64,000 bases of DNA from Actinomycetes bacterium (GTDB lineage: Bacteria > Actinomycetota > Acidimicrobiia > Acidimicrobiales > Bog-793). The notes beneath the pieces were generated by a model. That model had not been told where the DNA came from. It did not search any database and was given only the letters and a program-made list of their open reading frames with translations. Below are positions 1 to 9,300 of the stretch, piece after piece (within the stretch, counting starts at the first letter, position 1; the number at the start of each line of letters is the position of its first letter). The DNA lies in the NCBI GenBank assembly GCA_021797795.1, contig JAJZZB010000001.1, positions 10,775-74,774 of the forward strand. Reading direction: 5' to 3'. Both the position numbers and the translations under genes were made by a program.

Positions 1-561
1 GGGGACCCGGTCGTCGTCGACACCGACGAGGGGGTGCGCCCCGAGACGACAGCGGAGGCGCTCGGCAGGCTGAAGGGTGCCTTCGAGGCCGGCGGGACCA
101 TCACCGCCGGCAACGCCAGCCAGATCTCCGACGGGGCCGCCGCCCTCCTCGTCATGTCGCGCGAGCGGGCCGAGCGCCTCGGCGTCACGCCGCTCGGCGA
201 GATCGTCGGCTACGGCCAGGTGGCCGGGCCGGACACGTCGCTGCTCACCCAGCCCTCCCGGGCGATCCGCCAGGCGCTCGAGCGTGCCGGGGCCTCCCTC
301 GGCGACGTGGACCTGTTCGAGATCAACGAGGCCTTCGCCGCCGTCGGGGTCGCCTCGATGGACGACCTCGGCATCTCCGCCGAGGTGACGAACGTCAACG
401 GCGGTGCCATCGCGCTCGGCCACCCGATCGGGATGTCGGGTGCGCGGCTCGCCCTGACGGCCCTCACCGAGCTGCGCCGCCGCGGGGGCGGCACCGCAGC
501 CGTGGCCCTCTGCGGCGGCGGCGGCCAGGGCGACGCCGCCCTTCTTCACAGCCTGGCCTGA
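1..561 (+). CDS. acetyl-CoA C-acetyltransferase (thiolase), C-terminal part; 5' end lies outside the window
   Basis: The frame of ORF 34..561 is open back to position 1. C-terminal thiolase signatures are present: NVNGGAIALGHPIGMSGARL and ALCGGGGQG. Confidence 0.85.
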   Translation, partial: GDPVVVDTDEGVRPETTAEALGRLKGAFEAGGTITAGNASQISDGAAALLVMSRERAERLGVTPLGEIVGYGQVAGPDTSLLTQPSRAIRQALERAGASLGDVDLFEINEAFAAVGVASMDDLGISAEVTNVNGGAIALGHPIGMSGARLALTALTELRRRGGGTAAVALCGGGGQGDAALLHSLA

Positions 562-578
562 CGGCGAGGAGCCGGGGG

Positions 579-1472
579 GTGGCCGGGGCGATCGTGGACT
601 CATCTCGCCGCCGGATCGGCGACGAGATGACCTGCGGGCCGCTCGGCTTCGGCTGCTGGCGCTTCGTCCACGACGACCTGGCCGCCGCCGTCGACCTCCT
701 CGAGCACGCCGTCTCCGCCGGCCTCGACCTCGTCGACACGGCTGACATCTACGGCGATCACGTCGGCGGGGCCGAGGAGCTGCTCGGCGAGGTGCTCGCC
801 GCCGACAAATCGCTGAGGGAGCGGATCGTGCTGGCGACCAAGGGGGGAATCCGCCCCGACGTCCCCTACGACTCGAGCGCGGCGGCGCTCACGGCGGCCT
901 GCGAGGCGTCGCTGCGGCGCCTCGGGGTCGACCACGTCGACCTCTACCAGGTGCACCGCCCCGACCTCTTCGCCCACCCCGGAGAGGTGGCCCACGCACT
1001 TGCCCGCCTGCTCGCCGACGGGAAGGTGAGAACCGTCGGCGTCTCGAACTACAGCGTCGACCAGTATCGGGCGCTCGCCCACCACCTCGGCCCGGGGAAG
1101 CTCGTCACCTCCCAGCCGGAGTTCTCCGCCGCCGAGCTCGCTGCCATGCGGGACGGGACGCTCGACTGGTGCATGCGGGACGGCCTCACGCCCCTCGCCT
1201 GGTCCCCCCTCGCCGGCGGGCGGCTGGCGACCGGGGAAGGGGTCCGGCCAGAGCTCGTCGCCGTCCTCGACGGGCTGGCCACGAGAGAGGGCACCGACCG
1301 GGCGGCCGTCGCCCTCGCCTTCGTCCTCGCCCATCCCTCGAGGCCCGTCGCCCTCATCGGGACTCAGCGACCGGAACGGGTCGACGCCGCCCTCGGCGCG
1401 CTCTCCGTGCAGCTCGACCGCGCCGACTGCTACCGCATCGTGGAAGCCTCGGAGGGCGAGCCGCTCCCGTGA
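579..1472 (+). CDS. aldo/keto reductase family oxidoreductase
   Basis: 297-aa ORF with AKR-like N-terminus (LGFGCWRF), DTADIYG and LATKGG motifs. Start is GTG 579; an alternative ATG lies at 627. Confidence 0.85.
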   Translation: MAGAIVDSSRRRIGDEMTCGPLGFGCWRFVHDDLAAAVDLLEHAVSAGLDLVDTADIYGDHVGGAEELLGEVLAADKSLRERIVLATKGGIRPDVPYDSSAAALTAACEASLRRLGVDHVDLYQVHRPDLFAHPGEVAHALARLLADGKVRTVGVSNYSVDQYRALAHHLGPGKLVTSQPEFSAAELAAMRDGTLDWCMRDGLTPLAWSPLAGGRLATGEGVRPELVAVLDGLATREGTDRAAVALAFVLAHPSRPVALIGTQRPERVDAALGALSVQLDRADCYRIVEASEGEPLP

Positions 1473-2599
1473 ACCGCCCGGTGCTGCGCTACGGCATCGT
1501 CGGGACCGGGATGATGGGTCTCGAGCACGTGCGGAGCCTCTCGGCCGTGCCGGGCGCCGAGGTCGTGGCGCTCGCCGACCCCGATGGCGGCTCCCTCGCC
1601 CGGGCGCTCGAGGCGGCCCCTCCGGGCGTGGCAGCCTTCGCGGACGCAGGCGAGCTCGTCGAGGCGGGCGGCGTCGACGTGGTCGTCGTGGCCTCGCCGA
1701 ACCACACCCACCGCGAGGTGCTCGAGCACGTCTGGGGGAGGCCGGTGCACGTCCTCGTCGAGAAGCCGATGGCCACCACCCTGGACGACGCCTGCGCCGT
1801 CGCCCGGCGGGCGTCGCGCCACGGCGGGATCGTCTGGGTCGGCCTCGAGTACCGTTACATGCCGGCCGTCGCCGCCCTCCTCGACGAGGTCCGGGGCGGC
1901 GCAGTCGGGCGTGTGAGGATGGTGGCGGTGCGCGAGCATCGCTTCCCGTTCCTCGTGAAGGTCGGCAACTGGAACCGCTTCAACCGCTACACCGGCGGGA
2001 CGCTCGTCGAGAAGTGCTGCCACTTCTTCGACCTCATGAACGCCCTCACCGCCGCCCGGCCGCTGCGGGTCTTCGCATCGGGAGGCCAGGACGTCAACCA
2101 CCTCGGGGAGAGCTACGACGGGGAGCGCCCCGACGTTCTCGACAACGCCTTCGTCGTCGTCGAGTACCCCGATGGCGTCCGGGCGTCTCTCGACCTGTGC
2201 ATGTTCGCCGAAGGGTCCCGCTTCGAGCAGCAGCTGAGCGTGGTCGGCGACCGGGGCAAGGTGGAGGCGCTCCTGCCGGGCTTCATGGAGGTGGCCCGGG
2301 GCCGGTGCTCGGAGCTCGTGGTCGGTTCACGAGGCGAGGGATGGCCCGTCGAGACGAGGGAGGTCGGCCCGGATCCCACCGTCGGCTACGAGGGGTTCCA
2401 CCACGGCTCGACCTACCTCGAGCACCTCGCCCTGCGTCGGGCGATCGTCGCGGGCGAGCGCCCGACGGTCTCGGTCGACGACGGCCTCTGGTCGGTGGCG
2501 GCCGGCCTGGCGGCCCAGCAGTCCATCGCCGAGGGGCGGTGCGTCGAGCTGTCCGAGCTGCTCGGTGCTCAGTGCTCGGGCGGCGCCTGGCGGGTGTAG
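1469..2599 (+). CDS. Gfo/Idh/MocA family NAD(P)-dependent oxidoreductase
   Basis: GTG 1469 overlaps the upstream stop (GTGA). The N-terminal Rossmann motif is LRYGIVGTGMMG, followed by an EKP motif (VLVEKPMA). The upstream part of ORF 1169..2599 is Arg/Pro junk overlapping the AKR gene. Confidence 0.85.
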   Translation: MNRPVLRYGIVGTGMMGLEHVRSLSAVPGAEVVALADPDGGSLARALEAAPPGVAAFADAGELVEAGGVDVVVVASPNHTHREVLEHVWGRPVHVLVEKPMATTLDDACAVARRASRHGGIVWVGLEYRYMPAVAALLDEVRGGAVGRVRMVAVREHRFPFLVKVGNWNRFNRYTGGTLVEKCCHFFDLMNALTAARPLRVFASGGQDVNHLGESYDGERPDVLDNAFVVVEYPDGVRASLDLCMFAEGSRFEQQLSVVGDRGKVEALLPGFMEVARGRCSELVVGSRGEGWPVETREVGPDPTVGYEGFHHGSTYLEHLALRRAIVAGERPTVSVDDGLWSVAAGLAAQQSIAEGRCVELSELLGAQCSGGAWRV

Positions 2600-3318
2600 T
2601 CAGCCCACGCCCGCCCGTCCCACCAGCGGAGCGGCGCCGCTCTGGCCGGGTCCGGGTACCAGCCGGCAGGGATGGTGATCGGCGGGACGTGTCCAAGTCC
2701 CGCCGGGGCTCCGCTCGTGGCGGCCAGCTGCTCGAGCTCGCGCACCGCCGAGACCGGGCCGGAGAGGTCGACCGGACCCCGCTCCTTGCTGGCCGCGAGC
2801 ATGCGGCCGAGCAGCTGGCGGATGACGGGGTGGGTGGCGAGCTCGGCCGGGATGGCGACCTGAGCCGGCACGGGGACCCGGGAGTCCGCACGCAGCCGGA
2901 GTAGGACCGCGCCGCTTCGGGCCGCTTTCATCCAGCGCCACGGGGCCGAGAAGCCGTCCGGTCCGATCCGGATGGCGCTCACCCCGGCGAGATCGAGCTC
3001 GTGTCGCTGACTGCCGTCCAGGCGCTCGAGGCGCAGAGAGTGGTCGGTCGCCACCACGGCCGTCGGCCGCATCCGCAGGACCACCCGCCCGAGGCGCAGC
3101 GCCCAGACGGCGCCGGCGACGGCCGGAAGGAACGGAAGGCCCAGACCCGATGCCCCCGAGACGACCTCGAAGGCGGTCACGGCACAGCCGACCGCCAGGC
3201 CGAGGCCGGCAGCCACCGCCAGGCGGGCACGGGAGCGCTGCCACTCCCTCGGCGTCGGGCTCGACTTGATCACGAGCCCTTCGGCGGTCTCGAGCTGCTC
3301 GACGCTCACACCCGCCAC
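2569..3318 (-). CDS. membrane protein with C-terminal DUF2510-type GWYPDP...WWDG motif
   Basis: 249-aa ORF with two hydrophobic helices near the N-terminus. The C-terminus reads IPAGWYPDPARAAPLRWWDGRAWADY. Codon third positions are GC-rich. Confidence 0.6.
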   Translation of the reverse strand: MAGVSVEQLETAEGLVIKSSPTPREWQRSRARLAVAAGLGLAVGCAVTAFEVVSGASGLGLPFLPAVAGAVWALRLGRVVLRMRPTAVVATDHSLRLERLDGSQRHELDLAGVSAIRIGPDGFSAPWRWMKAARSGAVLLRLRADSRVPVPAQVAIPAELATHPVIRQLLGRMLAASKERGPVDLSGPVSAVRELEQLAATSGAPAGLGHVPPITIPAGWYPDPARAAPLRWWDGRAWADYTRQAPPEH

Positions 3319-3324
3319 GATAGG

Positions 3325-4281
3325 TCAGCTCCGGCGGCTGCGGACCTCGACTCGGCCGTCCCGGGCGCGGACCTCGAAGACCGGCTGCGGGCTCGCAGCA
3401 GGACCTCTCACGACGGAGCCGTCGTCGAGGCAAAAGCGGCTCCCGTGGGCGGGACAGGTGACGCACCCGTCCTCGAACTTGCCGGGGTCGAGCGCCCAGC
3501 CGGCGTGCGAGCAGCGGTTCGCCATGGCACGCAGCTCGCCCTCGCCGCGGGTGAGGAGCACCTCCACCTCGCCCGCCCGCACGAGCTTGTGGCCACCCTC
3601 GAGCACCTCCTCGGCGGCGGCGACGTCGGTCCAATCCTCGATAGGGGGCTGGAAGGCGGTGTGGTCGACGCCGATGCCGAGCACATAGGAGAGGTGGCCG
3701 CCGAGATAGCCGGTGGCCGCCAGGACGGCGAGGCCGGCGAAGGACGAGAGGCGCCCGCCCCCGTGCCGGTCCGAGGCTTTGTGCCGACGCCCGCGGTGAA
3801 GGAACGAGATGCCGTACAGCCCGAGGGCGAGCGAGTTCCCGGCGGCGTGCACGAGGCCGATGCGCCGGGCGTCGCCGTAGACGTCGATCCAGTCCGACAT
3901 CCCCGAAGCGGCGGTCGGGAGCGCCGCCGTGACGCCTGCGGCGATGAGGCGGCGGGCGATCTGGGGGTGGCGCGGGGCGAGCACGTCGACGAGGGCGGCG
4001 CCGGCGAAGGCGCCGATCGCCACATCCGTCAGCATCGGGTGGAGACGGTGCCCGAGCCACACGCCCGACAGGGCGTTTCGAAGCCCGCCTGACTCCAATC
4101 TCGGTCTCAGCAGGCGCTCGAGCTGCTCGCCGACCGCATCCAACTGCTCGAGCCGGCCGATGGCGTCGACCGCCTGGCGGACGGTCTTCTGCGATGACGG
4201 TGCAGAGGTGAGGCTCACGGTCTGTCGGTACCCGCTCCCGCTCCAAAGCGAACAGCTGCCCGGGCGCGACCCGTCAGCCAC
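3325..4281 (-). CDS. membrane-anchored Rieske [2Fe-2S] protein (DUF2231-like N-terminal domain)
   Basis: Rieske ligand motifs CSHAG...CPAHGSRF in the C-terminal domain. The N-terminal half is hydrophobic. The start overlaps the recR stop by 8 nt. Confidence 0.75.
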   Translation of the reverse strand: MADGSRPGSCSLWSGSGYRQTVSLTSAPSSQKTVRQAVDAIGRLEQLDAVGEQLERLLRPRLESGGLRNALSGVWLGHRLHPMLTDVAIGAFAGAALVDVLAPRHPQIARRLIAAGVTAALPTAASGMSDWIDVYGDARRIGLVHAAGNSLALGLYGISFLHRGRRHKASDRHGGGRLSSFAGLAVLAATGYLGGHLSYVLGIGVDHTAFQPPIEDWTDVAAAEEVLEGGHKLVRAGEVEVLLTRGEGELRAMANRCSHAGWALDPGKFEDGCVTCPAHGSRFCLDDGSVVRGPAASPQPVFEVRARDGRVEVRSRRS

Positions 4282-4873
4282 TCACCTCCCGGCGGCCGGC
4301 GAGCGCCCTGCCGAGGGTGAGCTCGTCGGCGTACTCGAGATCCCCGCCGACAGGCAGCCCGCTCGCGATCCTCGTGATGCGGATGCCGAGCGGTCCGAGC
4401 AGGCGGGCGAGGTACATCGCCGTCGCCTCTCCCTCGAGGTTCGGGTTGGTGCACAAGATGACCTCGCTGATGCGGTCGTCCGCCAGGCGTTCGAGCAGGT
4501 CCCGGACCCTCAGCTGCTCCGGCCCGACCCCCTCGATGGGGTTCAGGGCGCCCCCGAGCACGTGGTAGGTGCCGTGGAACTCCCGCGTCCGCTCGACGGC
4601 GACGATGTCACGGGGGTCCTCGACGATGCAGAGGACGGTCGGGTCGCGTCGGGAGTCGTCGCAGATGGCGCACAGCTCGCCTTCTGAGACGTTGAAGCAG
4701 CGTTCGCACAGGCGGATCCGCTCTTTCACCTCGGCGATCGACGAGGCCAGCCGCAACGCCTCCTCCTTCGGGACCTCGAGGAGGTGGAAGGCGATCCGCT
4801 GGGCGGACTTCGGTCCGACGCCAGGGAGTCGGCCGAGCTCGTCCACGAGCTCCTGGATGGGTCCGGCGAACAT
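4274..4873 (-). CDS. recR: recombination protein RecR
   Basis: N-terminus [24 protein letters not shown], a Cys4 zinc finger ([16 protein letters not shown]) and a Toprim-like C-terminus. Confidence 0.95.
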   Translation of the reverse strand: MFAGPIQELVDELGRLPGVGPKSAQRIAFHLLEVPKEEALRLASSIAEVKERIRLCERCFNVSEGELCAICDDSRRDPTVLCIVEDPRDIVAVERTREFHGTYHVLGGALNPIEGVGPEQLRVRDLLERLADDRISEVILCTNPNLEGEATAMYLARLLGPLGIRITRIASGLPVGGDLEYADELTLGRALAGRREVSG

Positions 4874-4879
4874 CTCGTC

Positions 4880-5446
4880 CTAGGAGGGGTCTTCCGACTC
4901 GTCCTCGCCGGACTCGTCCTCGCCGTCCTCGACCTCTGGGGGTCGGGCCGTGCCGAGGATCTCACCGACGAGGTTGCCGAGATCGCCGAGACCTGCGAGC
5001 GGGCCCGCCCCCGCGCTCACCCCGCCGAAGAGGCTCCCCATCATCGCCTCGAGGTCGAGCCCCGGGCCGAGAAGGCTCTCGGCGGCGCGCTCGCGCACGC
5101 CGAGCGCCTCGGCGAGTGCCTGGCGCATGGCGGCGAGGAGGAGATCCTCCAGCATGCCGACGTCGCTCGGGTCGACGACCTCCGGAGAGATATTGACCGC
5201 CGTCACCTCGAGGTCCCCGGTCAGCACCACCTCGACGGCTCCCCCGCCGGCGCTTCCTGTCACCGTGGCGTGGCCGGCCTCCTCGGAGGCCTCGTCGAGC
5301 TGCTGGCGTGCCCGCCCGAGCAGCTCCCCGAAGCCGGAGAGGTCTCCCATCGAGGGGAAGCCCCAGTCGGGCTGCTGCTGCAGCTCCGCGCCCTGCTCCG
5401 GGTCGTCTCGGCCCTCGGGCGGCGTGGCGCTCTCGTCGGCGGTCAT
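4880..5446 (-). CDS. YbaB/EbfC family nucleoid-associated protein
   Basis: The core [33 protein letters not shown]...LEDLLLAA is typical of YbaB. ATG 5446 overlaps the dnaX stop (ATGA). The C-terminal tail is acidic. Confidence 0.85.
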   Translation of the reverse strand: MTADESATPPEGRDDPEQGAELQQQPDWGFPSMGDLSGFGELLGRARQQLDEASEEAGHATVTGSAGGGAVEVVLTGDLEVTAVNISPEVVDPSDVGMLEDLLLAAMRQALAEALGVRERAAESLLGPGLDLEAMMGSLFGGVSAGAGPLAGLGDLGNLVGEILGTARPPEVEDGEDESGEDESEDPS

Positions 5447-7239
5447 CGGTTCACCTCCTCCGCCCCGGGAAAGGCCTCCCGCAGGCGGCTCTCGGCCCAC
5501 GACGCCGAGTCGTGCGGCCCGGTAGCGGTCTGGAGCCCGTCCACAGGAGATGGCGGCTCGTCATCGGGCGCCTCCTCCTCGGCAGCCGAAGCCGCCTCCG
5601 GCGCGGCCGCCTCCGGACCAGGCCGGAGGCTGCCGGCGCCGGCGTCGGTCACGAGCTCGAGACGGAGGCGGGAGCCGAAGTGGGCGTTGATGGCGGCCGC
5701 TACGTCCGCGCTGAGGGCGGCGGCGTGCTGGACGTGGGCGGCGTTCGGCAGGGCGAAGACGGCCGCGCCGTTCTCGATCGCCAGCCACCGGCCCACCTGG
5801 TAGATCGCCCTCGCACGGGGCTTCAGCACCTTCAAGATGCTGTCGGCCCAGGCGGTGACGAGGTCCTCGCGGGAGGGCTCCGCCGCTCTCGGCTGTGACG
5901 GTGGCGGGCTCGGGACGGGAGCCGCCGGCGCCGCCGGGGGGGCTGGAGGCGTGGCCGGCTGCCGTCGCGAGAGGAAGGCGCCGAGGGCCGGGTTGCTGCC
6001 TGGCACCTCGCCGACCGACGGTCCCGGCTCGGCCACGGCGGGGGGGCCCGACGGCGCCGGCTGCCGCGACCCGCCGCCGCGCTGCTCGAGATCGGCCAGC
6101 CTCCGCTCGAGCCGCTCGATGCGGTCCGTGAGGGCGGACGCCGAGTCGTCGACGTCCGGGTTGGTCAGCCGGACCATCGCCACCTCGAGGGTGGTGCGGG
6201 GATCGAGGGCCTCCCGCATGTCGACGATCGCCGTGCCGACGACCTCGAGCGCCCGCACGCAGCGGGCTGGAGGAAGGAGCGGCCTGCCGTCGGCGGCGAG
6301 CGACTCCGGCTCGGGGCGCACGACCCGGCGGGCCACGCTCGCGAGGAACTGCTCCCGGAGCGCCTCGACGAGCTCGACGGCGAGGCGCTGGGGATCGAAG
6401 CCGGCCGTGACTGCGTCGGCCACCACCGCCAGCGAGGCGGCGGCGTCCTCCTCGGCGATGGAGGCGACCAGGCGGGCGAGGAAGCGCGCATCGTCCTCGA
6501 CGATGCCCGAGGCGGCGACCTGGTCGAGCGTGGAGAGGGCGTCGCGGGCCGAGCCGCGCCCGCGGCGCACGGCGGCCTCGATCCCCTCCTCGGGCAGCTC
6601 GAGGCCGGCGTCGGCGGCCACGTCGGCGAGCAGCTGTTCGAGCACCGGCTGCTCGAGCAGGTGGAACTCGAAGTGCTGGGTCCGGCTCCGGATCGTCGGC
6701 AGCACCTTCTGCGGGTCGGTCGTCGCGAGGACGAAGACCACGTGGTCCGGCGGCTCCTCCAGGGTCTTCAAGAGGGCGTTCGACGCCGCCGTCGAGAGCA
6801 TGTGGACCTCGTCGATGATGTACACCTTGCGCTTGCCGGGCGTGGCGAGCGAGGCCCTCGAGACGAGATCCCGCATGGCGTCGACGCCGTTGTTCGAGGC
6901 GGCGTCGAGCTCATGGACATCGAGCGACGCCCCGCGGGCGATGTCGAGGCAGGGCTCGCAGCGCCCGCACGGCTCACCCTCCTTCGGATCGAGGCAGTTG
7001 AGCGCCTTGGCGAGGATCCTCGCGGTCGAGGTCTTCCCCGTCCCGTGCGGGCCGGAGAAGAGGTACGCATGAACGATGCGGCCGTCTCTCACGGCATTGC
7101 GCAGCGTCGTCGTGGCGAGCTCCTGCCCGCGCACCTCCGAGAAGCGCTGCGGGCGGTACCGCCGGTAGAGGGACTGGTACTCGCCCGCGGGAGCACCGCG
7201 GGTCGATCCGTCGGGGGGAGGGGGAGCGGCTTGGACCAC
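5443..7239 (-). CDS. dnaX: DNA polymerase III subunit gamma/tau
   Basis: [12 protein letters not shown], Walker [10 protein letters not shown], a Cys cluster CGRCEPC, and IIDEVHMLS. The start is set at GTG 7239 because the longer ORF (to 7473) would run through the SRP RNA and tRNA. Confidence 0.9.
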   Translation of the reverse strand: MVQAAPPPPDGSTRGAPAGEYQSLYRRYRPQRFSEVRGQELATTTLRNAVRDGRIVHAYLFSGPHGTGKTSTARILAKALNCLDPKEGEPCGRCEPCLDIARGASLDVHELDAASNNGVDAMRDLVSRASLATPGKRKVYIIDEVHMLSTAASNALLKTLEEPPDHVVFVLATTDPQKVLPTIRSRTQHFEFHLLEQPVLEQLLADVAADAGLELPEEGIEAAVRRGRGSARDALSTLDQVAASGIVEDDARFLARLVASIAEEDAAASLAVVADAVTAGFDPQRLAVELVEALREQFLASVARRVVRPEPESLAADGRPLLPPARCVRALEVVGTAIVDMREALDPRTTLEVAMVRLTNPDVDDSASALTDRIERLERRLADLEQRGGGSRQPAPSGPPAVAEPGPSVGEVPGSNPALGAFLSRRQPATPPAPPAAPAAPVPSPPPSQPRAAEPSREDLVTAWADSILKVLKPRARAIYQVGRWLAIENGAAVFALPNAAHVQHAAALSADVAAAINAHFGSRLRLELVTDAGAGSLRPGPEAAAPEAASAAEEEAPDDEPPSPVDGLQTATGPHDSASWAESRLREAFPGAEEVNR

Positions 7240-7264
7240 GACGTCCGAGATTACGAGACGGCGC

Positions 7265-7370
7265 TGTCGTGCGCAGCAGCCAGGTCCCCTGCGGCACATC
7301 GGCTCGTCCGCTGAGAGCTGCTGCCTTCCGGCCCTGACTCGGTTCACGGTGGCTGATTGCGCAGAACCCG
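7265..7370 (-). ncRNA. ffs: signal recognition particle RNA (small/4.5S type)
   Basis: The reverse complement contains the conserved domain IV core GUCAGGGCCGGAAGGCAGCAGC. It is flanked by complementary arms (UGCGCAAUCAGCC / GGCUGCUGCGCA). Its position upstream of dnaX matches other actinobacteria. Ends are approximate. Confidence 0.75.
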
Positions 7371-7419
7371 GCCACTGCGCACGGCAGCGCCAAGTGCACA
7401 GAGTACCCTCACTGGCTCG

Positions 7420-7504
7420 GGAGGAGTGCGAGAGCGGCCGAATCGGCACGATTGGAAATCGTGTGACCTGCAAGGGTCCGTGGGTTCAAATCCCACCTCC
7501 TCCG
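7420..7504 (+). tRNA. tRNA-Ser (anticodon GGA)
   Basis: Hand-folded. Acceptor GGAGGAG/CTCCTCC; anticodon stem CACGA/TCGTG with loop TTGGAAA; a long variable arm; T-arm GTGGG-TTCAAAT-CCCAC; discriminator G. CCA is not encoded. Confidence 0.9.
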
Positions 7505-7888
7505 CTCGGGCCCGGCGCGGACAGGCCCGGGCAACCTTGGCGTGTCAGAGCCGCGCGCTGCGCCGTCCGTGCGAGGAGATCGGCCCGGGTGGCCCGCCCC
7601 ACCGAGTGGACAGGTCGCCGAGTGCAGGCACCAAGCCCTCCCGAACGGCAACCGTGGACGGCGGGCCCGCGAGCAGGCGGCGAGGTGGGCCCGGGCGACC
7701 TCGATCCCTCGCCTGACGCATCGTCGCCGACCCCCCAGCCGACGAGCCTCCGGCCGGTCTCCGGCAGCGTTCCAGGCGGGTGCTCGTCCCGCGAGGGCCG
7801 TTTGGGTTTCCCATCAGACGGTGCGGGTAAACCTCCGACGCCCGGGCAGCGCCGGCCGGGTGACGGGTCGAGGACGCCGGGGTGTCGG

Positions 7889-8428
7889 ATGGCAGTGCTG
7901 CAGCAATCTCACGTCGTCGACTGCGACCAAGACGACGCGATGCCGGCGCGAGACGCCGAGGCGCACCTCACCGGAGTCCTCGCCCCCGACTCCGTCGTCA
8001 TCACCTCGCCCCGGCACCCAGCTCTGCTGACTCGAGGGCTCGCCGGCCGGGAAGCCTGTCTCGCCCCTCGGCGCTCCGAGGAGCTCCTGGTCGAGGCCGG
8101 GCCGAATGGGTCGTTGGGCAGGCTCTTCGTCGACGGCGAGCTGGACGCTGCGCCCTTTGACGCCGCGACCGCCGGACTCCTCCGGCCGCTCGGTCGGCTC
8201 CCGCCACCCGGGCTCTCGGCGGGACGGTCGACGTGCTGCGGCGCCGCCGCGGGGTGCTCGCCGCCCGCCCCCTCGAGTCGGCATGGAACCATCCCCCGCA
8301 GCGGCACGGCCCCCAGGCCTGCTGCTGTGACCAGGCCGACAGCGTGCAGGGCGACGAGGAGGCGCTGGCGCGGGTGCCGGAGCTGCACCCCGGCGTCGAA
8401 GCCGCCGCCGACGCGAGCGGCTGGATGA
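7889..8428 (+). CDS. hypothetical protein (frame ambiguous in the 3' half)
   Basis: ATG 7889 opens a stretch with GC-rich third positions. The stop TGA 8426-8428 overlaps ATG 8425 of the next gene (ATGA). After about 8230 a second frame looks equally or more coding-like. Confidence 0.3.
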   Translation: MAVLQQSHVVDCDQDDAMPARDAEAHLTGVLAPDSVVITSPRHPALLTRGLAGREACLAPRRSEELLVEAGPNGSLGRLFVDGELDAAPFDAATAGLLRPLGRLPPPGLSAGRSTCCGAAAGCSPPAPSSRHGTIPRSGTAPRPAAVTRPTACRATRRRWRGCRSCTPASKPPPTRAAG

Positions 8429-8817
8429 GGTGTCGTGCGGCGAAGTGGTTCGCCCCCGAAGTCGCCTCGATCCGGGCTGCGCGACTCTTCGTCGCAGAGC
8501 TGCTCCAGGCATGGGAGGTCGATGCCGACCTCGATGACGCCGCCCTCGTCGTCTCCGAGCTTGCCACGAACGCGCTCTGCCACGTCGGCACCCCGTTCGA
8601 GGTCGTCGTGTCGAGCCGACCCGGCTGCCTGCGCATCGCCGTTCGCGACGCGAGCCCGCTGGTGCCGGTGGCGGTCGAGGCGACCTCGGATGATCCGGGT
8701 GGTCGCGGCCTCGTCCTCGTGGCAGCCCTCACCCGGGACTGGGGTGTGGATCTCGAAGGGCCCGGCAAGACGGTGTGGGCCGATCTCGCGACCTCCGTCG
8801 ACAGACCACGCGACTGA
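8425..8817 (+). CDS. anti-sigma regulatory factor-like ATP-binding protein (RsbW/SpoIIAB-type HATPase_c)
   Basis: ARLFVAELLQAW..., SELATNALCH (N-box), DDPGGRGLVLVAALTRDWGV, GKTVWADL. Typical size (130 aa) with ATG 8425. Confidence 0.75.
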   Translation: MRCRAAKWFAPEVASIRAARLFVAELLQAWEVDADLDDAALVVSELATNALCHVGTPFEVVVSSRPGCLRIAVRDASPLVPVAVEATSDDPGGRGLVLVAALTRDWGVDLEGPGKTVWADLATSVDRPRD

Positions 8818-8863
8818 CCGGGGGGCGACACCTCCCCGGCCGTGAGGGTGCCAGCCGGGGCGC

Positions 8864-9256
8864 TCACCTGCCGTCCGACGACCACGGTCGCCTCGACCGA
8901 GATCGAGGTGCGCAGGCTCGCGTGAGAGCCGCCGACTCTGCTCGGTAGACCGCCCCGGCCGTGCGCCCGACCGAGATCCACAGGCCAGCGTCCCGGCGGG
9001 CGGCGGTGGCCGGGAAGTTCACGTAGTGCTCGAGACCCGGGACGTCCCCCTCCAAGTGGACGACACCCCCGAGCAGCTCGACGGTGACCTGACCCGAGCC
9101 GGGGGGAAGCCGCTCGGTGATGGTCTGGGTGCCCTGACTCCCCGTCACGGCACCCGACGCTGTCAGCGAGAGGTGAACCCCGTTCGCCGAGTGGGTCGTC
9201 GTGGCCCGGTAGCGCAGCGACCGCTTGCCCCGCGCCCGTGCGAGAGCACCCCGCAC
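8864..9256 (-). CDS. hypothetical protein
   Basis: Codon third positions are GC-rich across KRSLRYRATTTHSANGVHLSLTASGAVTG.... Candidate start is GTG 9256. The last ~20 codons are Arg-rich, and another frame looks coding there. Confidence 0.35.
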   Translation of the reverse strand: MRGALARARGKRSLRYRATTTHSANGVHLSLTASGAVTGSQGTQTITERLPPGSGQVTVELLGGVVHLEGDVPGLEHYVNFPATAARRDAGLWISVGRTAGAVYRAESAALTRACAPRSRSRRPWSSDGR

Positions 9257-9300
9257 GAGGGTGGCCGGGGCCGCCGGCTCGGGCGCGCGAGGCTCGTCGC

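Noticed and set aside
2569-3318. The DUF2510-type GWYPDP...WWDG motif occurs here and again at 63841-64000; considered as a possible repeat element.
   Set aside because: The similarity is a short protein motif only. The nucleotide sequences are not repeated, and the motif is common in actinobacterial membrane proteins.
2600-4246. 548-aa minus-strand ORF, extremely rich in Arg/Pro/Gly.
   Set aside because: It overlaps the DUF2510 membrane protein, Rieske and recR genes in a different frame. Its composition is typical of off-frame shadow ORFs in high-GC DNA. No motif was found.
5443-7239. Programmed ribosomal frameshift site in dnaX (A AAA AAG type, as in E. coli).
   Set aside because: I saw no A-rich or T-rich heptamer in this GC-rich gene on reading it through. 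No claim is made.
7240-7473. N-terminal extension of the dnaX ORF up to 7473.
   Set aside because: It would translate through the SRP RNA (7265-7370) and into the tRNA-Ser on the other strand. Conserved DnaX sequence begins only after GTG 7239.
7505-7888. Possible island next to tRNA-Ser(GGA), by analogy with the second tRNA-Ser.
   Set aside because: There is no obvious drop in GC content, no repeat of the tRNA 3' end that I could find, and no mobile-element genes. Only frame ambiguities occur further downstream, and these are reported separately.
8818-8863. CCGGGG...CCCCGG hairpin between convergent genes; considered as a possible terminator.
   Set aside because: The stem is short (6 bp) and GC-only, with no U-tract. 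This is too weak to call from sequence alone.
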